The translations under genes were made by a program, and so were the position numbers. Under the pieces are notes generated by a model, which did not search any database, had not been told where the DNA came from, and was given only the letters and a program-made list of their open reading frames with translations. A stretch of DNA of 64,000 bases from Escherichia phage vB_EcoS-26175I: the sequence record NC_133255.1, one strand, 5' to 3'. This document shows, piece after piece, positions 44,963 through 54,652 of this stretch (positions within the stretch are counted from its first letter, which is position 1; the number at the start of each line of letters is the position of its first letter).

Positions 44963-45478
44963 TTACTTCGCTTTACGCTTACGAGTAGGTTTAGCGGATT
45001 TACGATCGGAAGCACCAGTAAACTTAATACCGATACCGTAGCACAGAGCGCGAACGTTGTCACGGCTATACTCTACACCGAAAATATTCGGTTTAACGGA
45101 GCCAAACTGTCCACGGGATTCACGCATTACGTCAGCCATTGGCTTACGCTTCTGATTGACTGCTTTTTCGTAGTCTTTCAGAGCCATACCGTTGCGGGCG
45201 AACATCTCAGCACCGCCGTTAAAGCTCAGAGTTACCGGTACAGACTTATGACCTTCACCCTTGATGAACACAACCTGCTTAGCAGTTGCGCGAGTAGAGT
45301 TCTTGGCCTTCGGCTTCTGGCGAACCGGAGCCGGAGACTTCAGGGCAGTCTGAGCCTGAGCATCAGTAGGATGCTTACGCAGATGACGTTCCAGACGAGC
45401 CTTACGATTGGCTTCGGTCTGGGCGAAAGTTTTAACTGCCGGAGCTGCCTGAGTTTTTGCGTTTTTCTGCTTAGCCAT
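44963..45478 (-). CDS. highly basic Lys/Ala/Arg-rich protein (possible nucleic-acid-binding)
   Basis: 171-aa ORF. Confidence 0.55.
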   Translation of the reverse strand: MAKQKNAKTQAAPAVKTFAQTEANRKARLERHLRKHPTDAQAQTALKSPAPVRQKPKAKNSTRATAKQVVFIKGEGHKSVPVTLSFNGGAEMFARNGMALKDYEKAVNQKRKPMADVMRESRGQFGSVKPNIFGVEYSRDNVRALCYGIGIKFTGASDRKSAKPTRKRKAK

Positions 45479-45516
45479 TATTTGTTTTCCTTTTTGTTGA
45501 TCAATTTATGAGATAT

Positions 45517-45545
45517 ATTATACGAAATTTTGAAGCGTTTAGCAA
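45517..45545 (-). promoter_or_regulatory. early sigma70 promoter (TTGCTA / TATAAT)
   Basis: Same module. Confidence 0.55.
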
Positions 45546-45561
45546 ATGAATTTTTTAAAAA

Positions 45562-45840
45562 TTATCTGCCGATCATCTTAGCTTGTTCCTCACTGGAAAC
45601 GTACTGATAACCACCCTTGTTATATGCAGGAGCAGTACACAGTTTCTTGCGCTCAATTTCTTCTTGAGCTTTGCGTTCCCTTTCGGCTAATTCTTCATCT
45701 AGATAAACTAGACGCTGCTCCGGAGGTGGTGGAAGCCTAGTTTCTGGCTCACCAATATTTGCCTTTCTGATCTGACGCGGAGATTGTGCGCGTTTTCTCA
45801 ACGGTTTAAATCCTAATGAATTTGAGTTGTAAATTCGCAT
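45562..45840 (-). CDS. hypothetical protein
   Basis: 92-aa ORF. Confidence 0.5.
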   Translation of the reverse strand: MRIYNSNSLGFKPLRKRAQSPRQIRKANIGEPETRLPPPPEQRLVYLDEELAERERKAQEEIERKKLCTAPAYNKGGYQYVSSEEQAKMIGR

Positions 45841-45867
45841 AAAGCCCTCCTCACTTTCAATACGAAT

Positions 45868-45896
45868 ATTATACTAAATTCTAGGGCTTTAAGCAA
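45868..45896 (-). promoter_or_regulatory. early sigma70 promoter (TTGCTT / TATAAT)
   Basis: Same module. Confidence 0.55.
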
Positions 45897-45916
45897 GTGA
45901 ATTTTTAAATTATTTA

Positions 45917-46405
45917 TTACATCTCAGCAAGTTCTTGCTCAGTAATTACAGTATTGCATAGAGCATCAACTTCTTCATTACCACGAATACCTGAGTGACC
46001 TTTAACCTTAACAAAGGTTGGATTGGTATCATGGAAGTTAATATACTGTTGAGTTAGTTTAAATGCTTCTTGCCAGAGTTCTAGATTGAGAGGAGTTTCA
46101 CCATCTCCCTTCTTCCAGCCTTTCTTCTGCCAAGACCACATCCAGCTTTCCATACCATTTTTACAGTAAGCAGAATCAGTGTAGATAATTACTGGACGAT
46201 TATCTTTCTTAGTAGACCAACGAAGAACTTCAACAATTGCAGTAAGTTCCATTTCGTTATTAGTAGTTTTAGGGCTGAAGCCAGATTTAGAGCCAATACG
46301 ATCATCATTATCATTATAGACAACGAATCCCCACGCACCTAAACCAGGATTGCCTTTACATGCACCATCTGTATATATGTGGAAAACCGACATTATTTGC
46401 TCCAA
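45917..46405 (-). CDS. rnhA: ribonuclease H (RNase HI-like)
   Basis: TDGAC...GNPG, YTDS, GH.G..GNE.D catalytic motifs; 162 aa. Confidence 0.8.
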   Translation of the reverse strand: MEQIMSVFHIYTDGACKGNPGLGAWGFVVYNDNDDRIGSKSGFSPKTTNNEMELTAIVEVLRWSTKKDNRPVIIYTDSAYCKNGMESWMWSWQKKGWKKGDGETPLNLELWQEAFKLTQQYINFHDTNPTFVKVKGHSGIRGNEEVDALCNTVITEQELAEM

Positions 46406-46662
46406 TCAATTTCAAGCCAAAAACCTTCACGCTGTTCATACTTAGCTTCTACAACATAACCTAGTTTGCTAAGTTTTTGCATGACGCTATTTCTAGCGTT
46501 TTCTGAGTATTCAGTTAATCCCTGGATGTGACAGTTAAATTCTTTATCTTTAATAGCTTTGTCAATCTCTACGGCAATAAGTGATTCTAGGTCAATTACT
46601 TCCTTTTTAATGCTAGCAATAGTATTTTGTTTTGCTTCTAAAGCAGATAAAAGAATAGACAT
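46393..46662 (-). CDS. hypothetical protein
   Basis: 89-aa ORF. Confidence 0.45.
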   Translation of the reverse strand: MSILLSALEAKQNTIASIKKEVIDLESLIAVEIDKAIKDKEFNCHIQGLTEYSENARNSVMQKLSKLGYVVEAKYEQREGFWLEIDWSK

Positions 46663-46664
46663 AT

Positions 46665-47243
46665 TTATTCTCCAATTACTAAAACATCATGTTGAGAAGA
46701 TACACCACACATATAATCTGCACAATGCGTAAAAGCCAGATCAATGATTTCAAATATATCATCTACATCTAAATCTGTGGCTCGACAATCCGCAATAGCT
46801 AAACCTGTACGAATACTGGAAAGTACATCTTCTCCTCCACAGCCTACACCGGCATATTCAACTTCTAGAATAGAAGCATTAGATTGGAAAATAAAGATTC
46901 TTCCTTTGTAGAGCATAATAAATTGTCCCAGATTAGGTTCAGCATATTTTTCATTTTTCTTTTCGCCAAAATCTTTCTGGTTAAACATATCACGTAATTT
47001 AGGTACTATTTCCGTATATAAATATTTATCATCGGAAATATCCGCTAAACGTGGTGGTACAGTAAAGCTATGCTCTAGTAATTGTCCCATGTAGAAGGAA
47101 CTAGTGTATCCGAAGTACAAATCATCAGAGATTTTGAATACTTTCGGATTTTTAACCAGCAGTTTCGTATAGCCATTAGAACCCATACGATCACCAGCTA
47201 AGTATACTTTATCTTTATATTTAAATGCTACTATGGCTGTCAT
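46665..47243 (-). CDS. hypothetical protein with an HslV / proteasome-beta-like N-terminus (MTAIVAF..VYLAGD)
   Basis: 192-aa ORF; weak resemblance only. Confidence 0.3.
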   Translation of the reverse strand: MTAIVAFKYKDKVYLAGDRMGSNGYTKLLVKNPKVFKISDDLYFGYTSSFYMGQLLEHSFTVPPRLADISDDKYLYTEIVPKLRDMFNQKDFGEKKNEKYAEPNLGQFIMLYKGRIFIFQSNASILEVEYAGVGCGGEDVLSSIRTGLAIADCRATDLDVDDIFEIIDLAFTHCADYMCGVSSQHDVLVIGE

Positions 47244-47273
47244 TATTAAATCCTTCTGTCAAATTAGAAGTAT

Positions 47274-47302
47274 ATTATATTTGAATTTCACTCAGTAAGC
47301 AA
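47274..47302 (-). promoter_or_regulatory. early sigma70 promoter (TTGCTT / TATAAT)
   Basis: Same module. Confidence 0.55.
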
Positions 47303-47314
47303 ATGAAATTTAAG

Positions 47315-47336
47315 TATAATAGCCCCGAAGGGCTAT
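47315..47336 (-). terminator. hairpin TAGCCCC-GAA-GGGGCTA within a conserved TATAATAGCC-hairpin element
   Basis: Directly downstream of the 47342 gene stop. Confidence 0.4.
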
Positions 47337-47341
47337 TTGAA

Positions 47342-47695
47342 TTAGATTATAATCAAGATTATTAGGGCGTATGTCAGATAATGCAGTAACTGATCAAATC
47401 CTAAAGCTATCCAAAACTTAGCGTCGCTTATAGCGTATTTACAGCGTTGTGCTTTCCAATAATCTATAATAAAGTGTAGAATTAATTCCATAATAGCTAA
47501 AGCTATAGACATTCCTAGTGATGTGAATAGGATTAGAATTGCAAATGTTAATCCAGCATGTACTAGCGAATGGGTTAATAATGGAAGTTTCCACCCTATT
47601 TTATGCGTCTTTCTTAGCATATATGGTGTTTGGAGGGGATAATCGGCCATAAAATGTTTTAGAAAGAATATGACAAATAATAGTATAATTAACAT
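47342..47695 (-). CDS. polytopic membrane protein
   Basis: 117-aa ORF. Confidence 0.5.
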   Translation of the reverse strand: MLIILLFVIFFLKHFMADYPLQTPYMLRKTHKIGWKLPLLTHSLVHAGLTFAILILFTSLGMSIALAIMELILHFIIDYWKAQRCKYAISDAKFWIALGFDQLLHYLTYALIILIII

Positions 47696-47698
47696 ATG

Positions 47699-48553
47699 TT
47701 ACACCGTAAATGGATATGCAATAGCAGGATGGTGTTCATAGCCACGAACAGTAAAATCATCCTTACTTACCCACGTTAATACATCATCCAAAGTTCTAAT
47801 ATTTGGATTGATTTCTAAAGTAGGGGGTGCAAAAGGTTCACGATCGAATTGCTTGTGCTCCATCAGAACATTATACTGATCTTCATAGATATGAAGATTA
47901 ATAATCTTTTGACGAGCAATACCTGGCTTAAGACCTGTAATCTGTGCCATAATAGCTAGAAGTGCATAGCATTGCACCATATTAAATACTTGGCCCAGCA
48001 AGAAATCATTAGACCTCTGGAAAGAGTTTAGGTATAGTGTATCACCTAAAATAGAGAATTGATGGGTATGCATACACGGACGTAGGCATCCTTTACGAAA
48101 TTCCCCAGGGTTCCAAAAAGTTAAAATTTCTCCACGATCGTCAATCCCTCTTTTCAAATTATGATAGACTTTGGCTAACTGATCAAATACCATACCATCA
48201 GAATTAGTCCAATGACGTCCTTGAACACCATAGACTCGTCCCATATCATCCTCGCCTTTACGGAATGGATTACCTAGCCAGGCAATATTTTCATTTGCAT
48301 TAGCATTCCATGTATTAACACCAATAGCGCGGAATTGTGCTGCTGAGTCGTACCCACGGAGATATCCGATCATTTCCATTATTGCTTGTTTAGCAAATGC
48401 TTTACGAGTAGTTACTAGCGGCAGTTCTCCTGCTCCTACGTTAAAGGTAAAGTCTGCATCAATAATAGTTAGGCAACGAATCCCTGTTCTAGGATTCGTT
48501 ACCCATACACCCTCTTCAAGAATACGTTTTCCAGTTTCAATATATTGGCGCAT
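47699..48553 (-). CDS. thyA: thymidylate synthase
   Basis: Active-site [10 protein letters not shown]; 284 aa; adjacent to DHFR. Confidence 0.85.
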   Translation of the reverse strand: MRQYIETGKRILEEGVWVTNPRTGIRCLTIIDADFTFNVGAGELPLVTTRKAFAKQAIMEMIGYLRGYDSAAQFRAIGVNTWNANANENIAWLGNPFRKGEDDMGRVYGVQGRHWTNSDGMVFDQLAKVYHNLKRGIDDRGEILTFWNPGEFRKGCLRPCMHTHQFSILGDTLYLNSFQRSNDFLLGQVFNMVQCYALLAIMAQITGLKPGIARQKIINLHIYEDQYNVLMEHKQFDREPFAPPTLEINPNIRTLDDVLTWVSKDDFTVRGYEHHPAIAYPFTV

Positions 48554-49080
48554 TAATAAGTCACCAGTTCTTGTACAAAAGATAAACTTTTGTCTGCATT
48601 ATGCCCTACTGCATAGTCCATCCTAGTTGCTGTTGAATTAGTCATAGTAATATGATGGTGAAGATGTACATCAGCAGATAATGGTGTGGCTGAATTAATA
48701 GTAGATACATACGCCATATCTAGATGATTATTGACGTACATTTCAAGAAGCAGAGTTGCTCCTCCTAATACTACAGTTACTTCTTCCTTGAGGAAATCAG
48801 GCAGACTGTATCCAATATTACTTATGCGTGTGGCTGATCCTACAGAGTTAGGTAGTGGTCTATTTGCATAAATAAATAGGTCAGAATCTCCTAGTATTCT
48901 TTTTTGCAGAGTCTCAGGGAAGGCTAACCAAGTCCCTGCTCCTACAATAATATTATCAGGTGCTAGAGAATCCAAAGTAGCGTAGAAGATATCTAGTTCT
49001 TCTTTGAAAGAACCCCAAGGGAGTTTACCGTTGAGGCCGAACTCCCCATTCGGCCCAGTTGCATAGATTGCTGCTATCAT
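48553..49080 (-). CDS. folA: dihydrofolate reductase
   Basis: N-terminal [22 protein letters not shown]; 175 aa. Confidence 0.8.
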   Translation of the reverse strand: MIAAIYATGPNGEFGLNGKLPWGSFKEELDIFYATLDSLAPDNIIVGAGTWLAFPETLQKRILGDSDLFIYANRPLPNSVGSATRISNIGYSLPDFLKEEVTVVLGGATLLLEMYVNNHLDMAYVSTINSATPLSADVHLHHHITMTNSTATRMDYAVGHNADKSLSFVQELVTY

Positions 49081-50225
49081 TAGAACATACCCTCAAATTC
49101 GTTGCCAAGATCTTTCAGAGTATCAGCAGAGGTTTCTGTGACTTGACCTACGCGGTAGGCTGCACCAATCTGAATCTCTTGCGGAGCAGGTTGTAGAGAA
49201 GTAGTATCCAACCAGTTCATGATCCACGGAATCGGATTCTTAGTAATTACAGGTAAGTGGCTTGGCCATTCTACACCAATGTGCATAAATGCGTTACGTC
49301 CTACAAAGTAAAGGTATTCTTCAAGCAGTTCTGCGTTCAAACCAATCAGACTACGGCCTTTAAAGATAAAGTGACCCCATTCAATCTCAGTTTTCAGAGT
49401 TTTTAGGAGTTGTGCTGGTGCTTTAGCTAATGCTTCATCTACCAGATCTTTATCAAACTGCTGGAACATAATCTGGATGATAGCTTTAGACATTTGAGTA
49501 TGTAGAGCTTCATCTTTAGCGATTAATTGCAGGTTCTTAGCAATACCTTGCAGAATATCGTTCTCTGCTAGAGCAAAGGTACATGCAAAGGATGCGTAGA
49601 ACTGCATTGCTTCCAGACCGTAGATTGCAAAGTAAGCATCTAACAGCTTAGCCTGAGTTTCACGTTTAACTTCAGGGAACTCAGTTTCTGGATAAGTATT
49701 ATCACCACGATGATCACGTACTGCAAGGAAATACTGACCTAACAGATACAATTCATCAAACAGTTCAACAGAATCTGCGATACGTGCAAATGCTTCTTGG
49801 TTTTTAGTTACAGAATCAATAAATTCTGCTGGATCAGTCAGAACGTTACGAATAATGTTACTATATGCACGGCTATGCAGATCTTCGAAGTAGCTCCACT
49901 GCTTGAGCATACCCTCCAATTCAGGACGGCTTACAAGCGGCATAATAGCTGCTTCAGGAGCACGGCTAATGAAAGAATCTGTTTGAGTCTGCCATGCTAA
50001 GTTCAGGAGAGTAATTTCCTGAATATCACGCGGGAGGTTTGGCCATTGTTTCTTATCGGCTTCCAGACTGATTTCAGTTTCAGTCCAGAATTGAGAGCGA
50101 GCTAATAACGCCAGCCTTTCTAGCTCTGGATGAGCTACTCGTACATAATCTGCAATACCAAGAGAATCACCGAGAAATAGATCTTTATTGGTATGATCCC
50201 AGTTTAAGTTAAGTAAAGTTGTCAT
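49080..50225 (-). CDS. nrdB: ribonucleotide reductase small subunit (class Ia beta)
   Basis: Ferritin-like E..H ligand motifs (KDEALH); 381 aa. Confidence 0.8.
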   Translation of the reverse strand: MTTLLNLNWDHTNKDLFLGDSLGIADYVRVAHPELERLALLARSQFWTETEISLEADKKQWPNLPRDIQEITLLNLAWQTQTDSFISRAPEAAIMPLVSRPELEGMLKQWSYFEDLHSRAYSNIIRNVLTDPAEFIDSVTKNQEAFARIADSVELFDELYLLGQYFLAVRDHRGDNTYPETEFPEVKRETQAKLLDAYFAIYGLEAMQFYASFACTFALAENDILQGIAKNLQLIAKDEALHTQMSKAIIQIMFQQFDKDLVDEALAKAPAQLLKTLKTEIEWGHFIFKGRSLIGLNAELLEEYLYFVGRNAFMHIGVEWPSHLPVITKNPIPWIMNWLDTTSLQPAPQEIQIGAAYRVGQVTETSADTLKDLGNEFEGMF

Positions 50226-50233
50226 TAGTTCTC

Positions 50234-50749
50234 CTATTTATCTGTGTTTCTAAGTAGTGTTGGGTCTTTGGTTATAGAGAGGATTAAAGAATCTCGATAC
50301 TCTATCGCCTCTTCGAGAGTTGGAAGAGTTTTCACGTATTCTTTTCCGTTAATGGATTTTCTAACTTGAAATCCAGACCCTTTCTTCCGAATATTCTTAG
50401 TACCCAATATATTATTTTTACTGGTTTTTCTGTTTTGACTATTTAACTGCCAGTCTGCTTCTCTTAGATTAGTCCACTTATAGTTTAGTGAATCTCCATC
50501 TATATGATCAACCATAACTTTAGGTAAGTTTCCTGTCATGTACAGGAAAGCAATATTTTGTGCAGGATATTTCTTACCATTGATTTGTATTACTAAGTCT
50601 TTTCGGTTAGGATCTACTGAGTGGGGTTTTAAACAACCAGCAGGTAGTCCTCTTACTTTATTGTGTACTTCTTGGTTATTTAACCAAGTAAATGTTCCTT
50701 CATCTGGATTATACTCCAGAATCCTTTTTAATTCATCTTGTGTTATCAA
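50234..50749 (-). CDS. HNH homing endonuclease with AP2-like domain, inserted between nrdB and nrdA
   Basis: VDHIDGDSLNYKWTNLR HNH core plus GFQVRKSINGKEY segment; 171 aa. Confidence 0.65.
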   Translation of the reverse strand: MITQDELKRILEYNPDEGTFTWLNNQEVHNKVRGLPAGCLKPHSVDPNRKDLVIQINGKKYPAQNIAFLYMTGNLPKVMVDHIDGDSLNYKWTNLREADWQLNSQNRKTSKNNILGTKNIRKKGSGFQVRKSINGKEYVKTLPTLEEAIEYRDSLILSITKDPTLLRNTDK

Positions 50750-50774
50750 AACTAATCTCCTTAACTAATGGAGA

Positions 50775-50803
50775 TATTATAGCAAATCTGGTAGCAATTA
50801 GCA
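50775..50803 (-). promoter_or_regulatory. early sigma70 promoter (TTGCTA / TATAAT)
   Basis: Same module. Confidence 0.5.
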
Positions 50804-50825
50804 AGTAAAATTTCAAAGAAAAAGG

Positions 50826-50848
50826 AGACCCGAAGATCTCCTTGTTTT
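50826..50848 (-). terminator. rho-independent terminator after nrdA
   Basis: AGGAGATC..GGTCTCCT hairpin plus T-run. Confidence 0.5.
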
Positions 50849-50850
50849 TA

Positions 50851-53241
50851 TTACAGGTTACAACCGCCTGATGCACAACCTGCTGCTTCTTCACCAGCTC
50901 CACCACCATTTTCAGTGTTGAAGTTAGCGTAGTACCAAGTTTTCCAACCGTACTTAACAGCAGTCATAAAGTCACGAACTACTACTGGGCCAGGAATTAC
51001 CTCATTCTCAAACTTAGTATAGTCATAGTACATATTCGTACTGATAGACTGGCTAAAGAATTTCTGCATAGTTGCTACCCATTTGATCCACTCGATACGA
51101 TCTACATCATAAGCCAGTTTATAGCTCATTAATGTATCCCAATCGGTTGCACCTGGAGCAATTGCAATTACTTTATTCACTGCACTACCCTTGATAGATA
51201 CAATCTTACGAGGTGGTTCAATAGAGTTAGTAACACCTAGCAGTACAGAGGAACTTTCACCCGGCATCTGAGCAGTCAGAACAGAGTTGCGCATACCATA
51301 TTTCAGAATATCTGCACGCAGAGATTCCCAATCCATTTCTAGACCTACAGTTACCAGTTCATCAACAGTTTTCTTGTACGTGTCGATTACCAGAGTTCCT
51401 TGCGAAGGCTTAGTACGATTAAACCAGTCACATGCACCTTGTTCTTTAGCCAGACGTACAGAGGCTTTATGCAGGAAGTAGGACAGCTTTTCAGCTTCAC
51501 GGTGAATCCAGTTACGAGCTTCAACACCTTCGTAAGCCAAACCTTCTGCTGCCATTGCGCCTGCTGCGTTCATCAGACCAATACCAACGTTACGACGTTT
51601 CTTAGCCGTGTACTCCATAGTTGGGAATGGGTAATCCTGAATCTCGATGATTGTATCAACGAATTTCAGAAGAATGTAGCAAGTTTTCTCCCATTCAGCC
51701 AGAGATTCCATGCGACCTAGCACAACACCACCTAAGTTACACAGAGATACTTCACCAATATCTTCTGGACGCATATCATCTAACTGATCTTGGGTCTTAT
51801 ACAGTTCCGTAATATGGTGGAATGGGCGAGTTGGCTGAGTAATTTCAACACAAAGGTTGGTCATACGAATCGGGTCAAGGAAGTTACCATGACGGTTAGA
51901 TTCACCAATGTGATGAGCATACATACGCCCTGTTTCCATACGGATACGTAACCAAGTATCTAGGATTTCTTTTGCAGAGATTCTAGGAGCTGCTGGAATT
52001 GTTTTTCCTTCATGGTCGATCTTTGTAAGAGATGCCACACGTTTCTCCGCTGCCACGTAGATTTCTTCAAACTTAGCCTCATCTTCGCCATAAAACGCTT
52101 CATGAACTTCTGGTGCGTAGAAGTAGGACATTAGCGTAATATCTTCGTTTTTCAGGTAACGTTTTAACAGAAGGTTGTTAAAGCTCAGAGAGTAATCCAT
52201 CTTATCGATTTTATTCTCGTCTGTAGCACGTTGTTGTTTAACCTGCATCAACTGAATGATTTCAGGATCGAAGTATGGATAAGACACAGTAGCAGAACCG
52301 CCACGGGTTTGCTGAGTGTTAGCTTTTACTGATCGGTCAATGTGTCGATAATATGGCAGTTTTCCGGAATGCGGGAATGCCCCATTTCGCACCGGATCAG
52401 CAATTGATCGGCTTTCAAGATGATACCCGATTCCCGCTCTGGCTGCGACCATTTTGAAGACGATGTGCTCGGCTGTGTCGATTGAATCGAGCGTGTCAGT
52501 GGAATCCACGAGGCAGCAACTAGCAAATCCACGGTCACTAGAGCGCAGGCCAACCAGTGGCGGCGTAGGAACGTTGATTTTGTGGAGTGACATTGCATTG
52601 TAGAGGTCGATTGCATCTAGAATTGTCCAGTTAGGTTGAGATAACATCGCCATTGCCATACCCATGTAGGCAAACTGCGGGGTTTCATAAATTTCACCAG
52701 TTGCAATATTACGACGAGAATACTTGTCGAAGAACTGTTTCAGTCCACCACTAGTGAATAAACGATCGCGATCATGATCAATAACTTGGTTCAGAGCGTC
52801 AAACTGATCATCGCTAATCCATGCACTCATATTTTCCCAAGCGCCAACACGAACCATATGATCGTGGAAGAAACGCAGAGAAGGTGGTTCGAAGGAATCA
52901 TATAGGCGTTTACGCATCTGCGCAAGACGTAATTCCTTCGCTACAGTATCATATGCTGGATTGTCTTTGATAAGACCTTCAGCAGCTTTAATTAACACAT
53001 CTTGGAGTGTATCGGAGTCTACAACACCTTTGGGTAGATTTTTCAGGGCAGCCATAACTACGGCAGACCAACTTACGTCAGTATCTTTACATGCCCATGC
53101 AGCCCAATCATTGAGTTTTTCAGGAGCAAAGTCCTGAACAGTACCGTCACGTTTAATTACTTTTTCTATGCGATGGCTCATTTGGCTTTCCTTTTTGTAG
53201 TTATCAGGATTTAAATAGTATTCTACTTTATTCTCAGTCAT
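50851..53241 (-). CDS. nrdA: ribonucleotide reductase large subunit (class Ia alpha)
   Basis: 796 aa; active-site NLCVEI and C-terminal Cys pair. Confidence 0.9.
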   Translation of the reverse strand: MTENKVEYYLNPDNYKKESQMSHRIEKVIKRDGTVQDFAPEKLNDWAAWACKDTDVSWSAVVMAALKNLPKGVVDSDTLQDVLIKAAEGLIKDNPAYDTVAKELRLAQMRKRLYDSFEPPSLRFFHDHMVRVGAWENMSAWISDDQFDALNQVIDHDRDRLFTSGGLKQFFDKYSRRNIATGEIYETPQFAYMGMAMAMLSQPNWTILDAIDLYNAMSLHKINVPTPPLVGLRSSDRGFASCCLVDSTDTLDSIDTAEHIVFKMVAARAGIGYHLESRSIADPVRNGAFPHSGKLPYYRHIDRSVKANTQQTRGGSATVSYPYFDPEIIQLMQVKQQRATDENKIDKMDYSLSFNNLLLKRYLKNEDITLMSYFYAPEVHEAFYGEDEAKFEEIYVAAEKRVASLTKIDHEGKTIPAAPRISAKEILDTWLRIRMETGRMYAHHIGESNRHGNFLDPIRMTNLCVEITQPTRPFHHITELYKTQDQLDDMRPEDIGEVSLCNLGGVVLGRMESLAEWEKTCYILLKFVDTIIEIQDYPFPTMEYTAKKRRNVGIGLMNAAGAMAAEGLAYEGVEARNWIHREAEKLSYFLHKASVRLAKEQGACDWFNRTKPSQGTLVIDTYKKTVDELVTVGLEMDWESLRADILKYGMRNSVLTAQMPGESSSVLLGVTNSIEPPRKIVSIKGSAVNKVIAIAPGATDWDTLMSYKLAYDVDRIEWIKWVATMQKFFSQSISTNMYYDYTKFENEVIPGPVVVRDFMTAVKYGWKTWYYANFNTENGGGAGEEAAGCASGGCNL

Positions 53242-53303
53242 TTAGCAAGTACAATTTTTCTGATAGAAAAGGCCCGAGTATTTTCATACCCAGGCCTTCT
53301 ATA

Positions 53304-53546
53304 TTACCAGTCTAGTTTTTCGGCTTGATTAATTACTTTTGCTTTCGCATTCGCCCTCAGAAGAATATCTACTGATGTTGAAAGTTCATTATAATTAAAA
53401 GGCCGATTTGGATTAGAGGCTACAATTTTCCATGCTAGGGTAGTCTTAGGACTTTCTTCCCCTTCCTTACGTGTAATCATATTAGCAGCACTCAATGAAG
53501 TACGGTGGATCTTAGTTTTGCGGTGCAGATGTACGACGTTTCCCAT
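53304..53546 (-). CDS. hypothetical protein
   Basis: 80-aa ORF. Confidence 0.45.
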   Translation of the reverse strand: MGNVVHLHRKTKIHRTSLSAANMITRKEGEESPKTTLAWKIVASNPNRPFNYNELSTSVDILLRANAKAKVINQAEKLDW

Positions 53547-53547
53547 A

Positions 53548-54309
53548 CTACACCTTCCCCATATCCTTAAAGATATCGTAGAATGCTTTAGACTCTGGTG
53601 AGCGAACGTTGTCGATCAGTTCGATCATAGAGAAAGGAGAGTTTTCGTACTTCTCATAGACTTCCATAAGAAGTGCTAGACCTGAATCACCCTTGATGTC
53701 TTTCTGAGCTATATCCCCACAGATAATTAAACGACAATCTTGTCCTACACGAGTCAGGAGACAGATCATTGCTTCAACGGAGATATTCTGAGCTTCATCG
53801 ACAATTACATAGGAGTTGTTGAAAGTTCGGCCACGGGCATGTTCGATAGCCAGGAATTTGATTTTCTGACGTTCGACATATCCTTTGTAGGCGTGATCAC
53901 CGATTGCCCATTTCATGCCATCGGCTATTGGTTCCAACCAAGGTTCTAGCTTTTCTGCTAGATCACCTGGGAGCATACCAAGAGATTTACCTAGAGGTTC
54001 GTTCGGACGCACGAGGATCACTTGCTCAATATCTGAGTGAATGTCTACGAGTTCCTGAGCTGCAAGAACGGACGGAATAAAGGTTTTACCAGTACCTGGT
54101 TCACCGATACCCACAGTCACTGTGTTGTTCTTGATCATATTGATATATGATTTTTGCTCACGGTTTTTACCAACTAGGGATTTAGCAACTGGATTGGCGT
54201 AATCACCAGAGAAATCTGCTTGAATTACGTTACTCTCGTACTTGTTGCCACGCTTTCTTGAACCATTGCGGTTCTCTCTTTTTTGACGTGCTTTTCCCAT
54301 AAATAACAC
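53548..54309 (-). CDS. phoH: PhoH-like ATPase
   Basis: Walker A GEPGTGKTF; 253 aa. Confidence 0.8.
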   Translation of the reverse strand: MLFMGKARQKRENRNGSRKRGNKYESNVIQADFSGDYANPVAKSLVGKNREQKSYINMIKNNTVTVGIGEPGTGKTFIPSVLAAQELVDIHSDIEQVILVRPNEPLGKSLGMLPGDLAEKLEPWLEPIADGMKWAIGDHAYKGYVERQKIKFLAIEHARGRTFNNSYVIVDEAQNISVEAMICLLTRVGQDCRLIICGDIAQKDIKGDSGLALLMEVYEKYENSPFSMIELIDNVRSPESKAFYDIFKDMGKV

Positions 54310-54373
54310 TCCTATAGTGTACTTCGCTAACAGAGGATCAACAAAAAGATCTTGTTTATCAACTTACAAATAT

Positions 54374-54402
54374 ATTATACCAATATATACGGGAGAAAGC
54401 AA
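54374..54402 (-). promoter_or_regulatory. early sigma70 promoter (TTGCTT / TATAAT) for phoH
   Basis: Same module. Confidence 0.55.
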
Positions 54403-54594
54403 CTACAATTTTAAATAAGCCTATGATATTGCATTTAAATAAAAAATTTGCTTGCTTTTATTGGGAAATGTATGGTACTAGATAATCATTTTATATCGCG
54501 TACACGGGTGCGTGATTATACTATTTTTAGTAGAGGTTGGCAAATAAAATTTTTTGACTCAGATCAATTTACAGAATGTTATAGTAAAATATTG

Positions 54595-54623
54595 TTGACA
54601 TCCGCCTTCGAATGAGTTATAAT
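54595..54623 (+). promoter_or_regulatory. sigma70 promoter for nrdD (TTGACA, 17-bp spacer, TATAAT)
   Basis: Consensus hexamers read from sequence; RBS GAAGGAGAG follows. Confidence 0.65.
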
Positions 54624-54652
54624 AGTAGTCTTAGTTAGAGAAGGAGAGTATA

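Noticed and set aside
53243-53248. TAGCAA hexamer as a promoter -35 for nrdA
   Set aside because: It lies immediately next to the nrdA start codon with no correctly spaced -10; nrdA is probably co-transcribed from the phoH-proximal promoter.
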